From Pseudomonadota bacterium (GTDB lineage: Bacteria; Bdellovibrionota_B; Oligoflexia; Oligoflexales; CAIYRB01): a DNA stretch of 64,000 nt. The notes under the pieces were generated by a model, which ran no database searches, had not been told where the DNA came from, and saw only the letters and a program-made list of their open reading frames with translations. Every line of letters begins with the position of its first letter. Within the stretch, counting starts at the first letter, position 1. The stretch covers positions 1 to 64,000 of the forward strand of contig JANOTL010000075.1 of the NCBI GenBank assembly GCA_031416315.1, in the 5' to 3' direction. The translations under genes were made by a program, and so were the position numbers. Positions 61,135 through 64,000 of the stretch are shown here, one piece after another.

Positions 61135-62409
61135 ATGCGTTCGGCACTCTTGATTCTTTGTTTACTGGCCGCTGGCTGCGCCAGTAAGACCGACGTCAAG
61201 AGCGGCGGCTCGAAAGGCAAGGCGGCGGACCCGACGAAGGGCGCCGAGCTGCCGGTTGAGGCCGTGACGCCGAAGCCGGCCGCCCCCGAAGACACTTTCG
61301 TGCCGGCGGGCGAGCCCATCGCCGTCTCTGGCACGAACCTGACCGTCGATTGCAGCTGGAGCAAGGTCTCGGCCGCGGACGACGTGCGCGCCGCCTGCTA
61401 CGTCGCCGGCGAAGTGCCGGCGGGCGCGACCTTTGCCTGGAGCGTTCCCGCGACCGCGACCGGCGTCGTCATCGAGGTCGGCCAGAACGCCGACCGCGTC
61501 GAGTTCACCGCGAAACGTAGCGTCGTCGCCGGCTTGTCGATGAACGTCGCCGTGACCGTCTTCGGCGTCGAGGCGCCGGTCGCGCTGGTCGCGCCCCTGG
61601 TCTCCAAGCTTCCAGGCTTGGGCGAGGGCAGCGCGCTGGGGGCCTGCTTGGCGACCACCGATCCGCTCTCGGGCTGCTTCGTCGCCGCCGGGCTCGGCGT
61701 ACAAGCCGACGGCACCATCGGCGGCGCGCCGCTTTCCGGCGGCTGCGCCATGACCGCGCTGCCGACAATCGTGCGCAAAGGCCGCCCCGACGTCGTGAAG
61801 CTGACGCTCTCGGCCACGGGCGACGCGCCGGTCGCCAATTTCCATTTCGAGGACTTAGCCTTCGCCAACGGCAACCTCGTCGCCGAGTCGCCGACGGTGA
61901 TCGACTTCCAACCGTCGACCTTGAACGTCGCCGCGAACGAGAAGATCCGCTTCTCCGCCACCAACGACGCGGGCGCGACGTGTTTCGTCGAGGTGAAGGC
62001 GGTGAACTTCGAGATGAAGCTCACCGGCCAAACGATCCTCGTCGAGGCGCAGAACGCGGGCGAGCGCGGGCGCATCAAAGCCGATTATCTGGTGCATAAC
62101 CTGAGCCCGACCGAGATCGTGGCCGAAGCGAAGGCGAAAACCGTCTCGGAAGATTTCGCCGATTACATCTTCACCGTCGGCGCCAAGACCTGCGATGCCG
62201 GCATCTGCTCGCAGGCGCTGTCAGTGGAGTTCACCACGCAGTTTCTCACCGGCTCGACGCTCTATCGCGGCCAGATTTACAACGTCATCATCGACGCAGG
62301 CCAGGGCGCGAACCTCCTCGCGATCGACTTCTCGCGCAACATCACGGTCAAGATCGGCGCAGGGCCCGAGATCATCGCCACGTACGACGGCGTCGCTGGC
62401 GCCCCCTGA
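61135..62409 (+). CDS. Hypothetical beta-rich lipoprotein
   Basis: Lipobox AAGC; paired Cys; beta-sandwich-like composition. Confidence 0.8.
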   Translation: MRSALLILCLLAAGCASKTDVKSGGSKGKAADPTKGAELPVEAVTPKPAAPEDTFVPAGEPIAVSGTNLTVDCSWSKVSAADDVRAACYVAGEVPAGATFAWSVPATATGVVIEVGQNADRVEFTAKRSVVAGLSMNVAVTVFGVEAPVALVAPLVSKLPGLGEGSALGACLATTDPLSGCFVAAGLGVQADGTIGGAPLSGGCAMTALPTIVRKGRPDVVKLTLSATGDAPVANFHFEDLAFANGNLVAESPTVIDFQPSTLNVAANEKIRFSATNDAGATCFVEVKAVNFEMKLTGQTILVEAQNAGERGRIKADYLVHNLSPTEIVAEAKAKTVSEDFADYIFTVGAKTCDAGICSQALSVEFTTQFLTGSTLYRGQIYNVIIDAGQGANLLAIDFSRNITVKIGAGPEIIATYDGVAGAP

Positions 62410-62411
62410 AT

Positions 62412-62494
62412 TCCGCGCTCGCGATCGTGATCGTGATCGTGATCGTCGAGTAGACGATCACGTTTACGAGCGCGAGCGCGAGCGCGAGCGCGGA
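62412..62494. repeat. Hexamer-based palindrome between convergent genes
   Basis: (GCGCTC/GTGATC)n arm and inverse (GAGCGC/GATCAC)n arm. Confidence 0.8.
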
Positions 62495-62498
62495 TGGC

Positions 62499-63302
62499 TT
62501 AGTGGTGCGCGATCCGCATCAGATCCTTCACCGTCGGCAAGTCGACGTAGGGCCTCGGGTCGATCAGCTTGCCGTCGAGGCGCATCTCGTAGTGCACGTG
62601 CGGACCTGTCGTCGAGCCGCTGACGCCGACGACCCCCAGGGCTTGGCCGCGGCGCACGCGGTCGCCCGCTTGGACGAAGATGGCGCCGGCATGGGCGAAC
62701 CGGGTCTCGAAGCCGTTCGCGTGCGCGACGGTCAGAAGGGCGCCGTAGCCGGTCTTGCGCTCGAGCGCGACGATCGTGCCGTCGGCGGGCGCGACGAAGA
62801 GGGCGTCGCGGGGCGCCGCGAGGTCCAGCCCCTCGTGCATGACGGCCTTGGCCTTCTTGCGGTTGCCGACCGGCGGCTTGCGATAGCCGAAGCCGCTCGT
62901 GATGATGCCGTAGACCGGCGGAATGAACTGCGGATCGGCGCCCACGGAGGCGAGCTTCGCCTCGGTCGAAAGAGCCTGGAGCTGCGCCACGGCCTGACTG
63001 AGGCAAGCGATGCGGGCGGCCGGAGACGTAGCGCTCGGGCAGTCACCGAAGGTGTCGGACGAGAATGGCAGAACCTGCGGCGCGACTCCCGCCAGCGTCG
63101 TCGTTAACGCACCGATCTCGTAGTCGAGCTGGGCGGTGGCGGCGGCGTCTTCCGCCGTGACGATCTCGACGCGCGGCTCGCCTTTCGGGGAAACCGACGC
63201 GGCCGCGACGCTCGCGATCATTGCGTGCACGACGAGAGTCGCGAGCGGGAAGATGGCGCAGAGCGTGGCGGCGAGCCGATTCCGGATGGCGGGGTGAAGC
63301 AT
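62499..63302 (-). CDS. M23 family metallopeptidase
   Basis: ITSGFGYR, HEGLD (HxxxD), TGPHVHYE (HxH). Confidence 0.92.
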   Translation of the reverse strand: MLHPAIRNRLAATLCAIFPLATLVVHAMIASVAAASVSPKGEPRVEIVTAEDAAATAQLDYEIGALTTTLAGVAPQVLPFSSDTFGDCPSATSPAARIACLSQAVAQLQALSTEAKLASVGADPQFIPPVYGIITSGFGYRKPPVGNRKKAKAVMHEGLDLAAPRDALFVAPADGTIVALERKTGYGALLTVAHANGFETRFAHAGAIFVQAGDRVRRGQALGVVGVSGSTTGPHVHYEMRLDGKLIDPRPYVDLPTVKDLMRIAHH

Positions 63303-63421
63303 CGAACCTCCGGGTAGCGTCAGCAGGCTCCCGAAGATATCAAAGAATTATAAAAGATTCTATGAGATTTCAATAGAATTTTATAGAATCAGCGCCTTAC
63401 CGGCTCTTCCGATCCGCCCGC

Positions 63422-63847
63422 TCAACGCCAGGCGCGAATCTCGTCGATGGCCTCGGCCTGGGTGATGTCGCCGCGGCTCAGCTGGTTGAAGAGGTCCTGC
63501 TCCAGCTGCGCTTTGCGACGCGCGTGGGCTACGAGGAGCGGCCAGACGTTCTCGTCGTCGTTGCTGCCGCCGAGGGAGAGCGGGATGAAGTGGTCGAACT
63601 GATATTGCGCGAAGACTGACGGGTCCAAGCCGTAGGCTGCGCCGATGCGGACTTTGTCGGAGCGGGTGACGTTGCGGCGGCAGTGTGGGATTTGCTCCTC
63701 GTAGCGGCGCTCGTCGAAGTCGGCGTCGGCCGGGGTGCAGAGGTCGCCCGGCGTGAGCTCCGGATCGCGGTCGTCGCCGCCGTCGGCGTAGGCGAAGGAC
63801 GCAAAAGATGCGATCAGGGCGAAGGCGAGGGCCGCGCGACGAAGCAT
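63422..63847 (-). CDS. Secreted HNH-like endonuclease domain protein
   Basis: Signal peptide from ATG 63847; DHFIPLSLGGSNDDENVWP. Confidence 0.75.
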   Translation of the reverse strand: MLRRAALAFALIASFASFAYADGGDDRDPELTPGDLCTPADADFDERRYEEQIPHCRRNVTRSDKVRIGAAYGLDPSVFAQYQFDHFIPLSLGGSNDDENVWPLLVAHARRKAQLEQDLFNQLSRGDITQAEAIDEIRAWR

Positions 63848-63926
63848 TTTGGAACTCCTGGAGATTTGTTGGAAGGGTAAACGAAAGCCGGCGCCCTTGG
63901 AAGGGCGCCGGCTCGAAAATTTATAA

Positions 63927-63953
63927 ACCGCGAAGGGCGCAAAGGGCGCAAAG
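63927..63953. repeat. Solo arm of the 71-bp palindromic element (copy 3)
   Basis: ACCGCGAAGGGCGCAAAGGGCGCAAAG; no matching arm in the remaining 47 nt. Confidence 0.8.
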
Positions 63954-63963
63954 CGAACGGCGA

Positions 63964-64000
63964 TTACTTCGTGTACGTGCATTCGTCCCAGTACTCGTAC
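63964..64000 (-). CDS. Probable 3' end of a gene entering from the right edge
   Basis: Minus-strand frame ...YEYWDECTYTK* ending at TAA 63966-63964. Confidence 0.4.
   Translation of the reverse strand, partial: YEYWDECTYTK

Noticed and set aside
63337..63390. dif site or replication origin
   Set aside because: AT-rich but no XerC/XerD consensus and no DnaA boxes.

Overview
GC-rich bacterial chromosome segment whose gene content and order suggest a Bdellovibrionota (Oligoflexia-like) or related deltaproteobacterial organism; the taxonomy is an inference. Core genes: pnp-rpsO, carD, a flagellin, a sigma54-driven flagellar operon (flgF-G-A-H-I-J-M-N-K-L-csrA-fliW), rimO, rho-rpmE-prfA-prmC, uppS-cdsA-rseP-tsaB-pssA-asd, truA, oppD/oppF-like ATPases and murG. 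These are interspersed with many orphan secreted proteins and lipoproteins (PLD, CAP, beta-helix, Ig-like, M23 peptidase, HNH-like nuclease, di-heme cytochrome plus cupredoxin). No rRNA, tRNA, CRISPR array, transposase or integrase was seen. Most notable observations: (1) a 71-bp palindromic element built from 9-bp units, with two full copies and one solo arm, one copy inserted in frame inside a CoA-transferase gene; (2) a sigma28-like motif, TCAAG-N15-nCCGA(T/A), in front of four (possibly five) scattered, unrelated, non-flagellar lipoprotein genes, suggesting a motility- or attack-phase surface regulon; (3) a LolB-like lipoprotein next to a TPR lipoprotein; (4) a cupredoxin with His at the usual axial-Met position, paired with a di-heme cytochrome; (5) an FlgH with a long coiled-coil tail.
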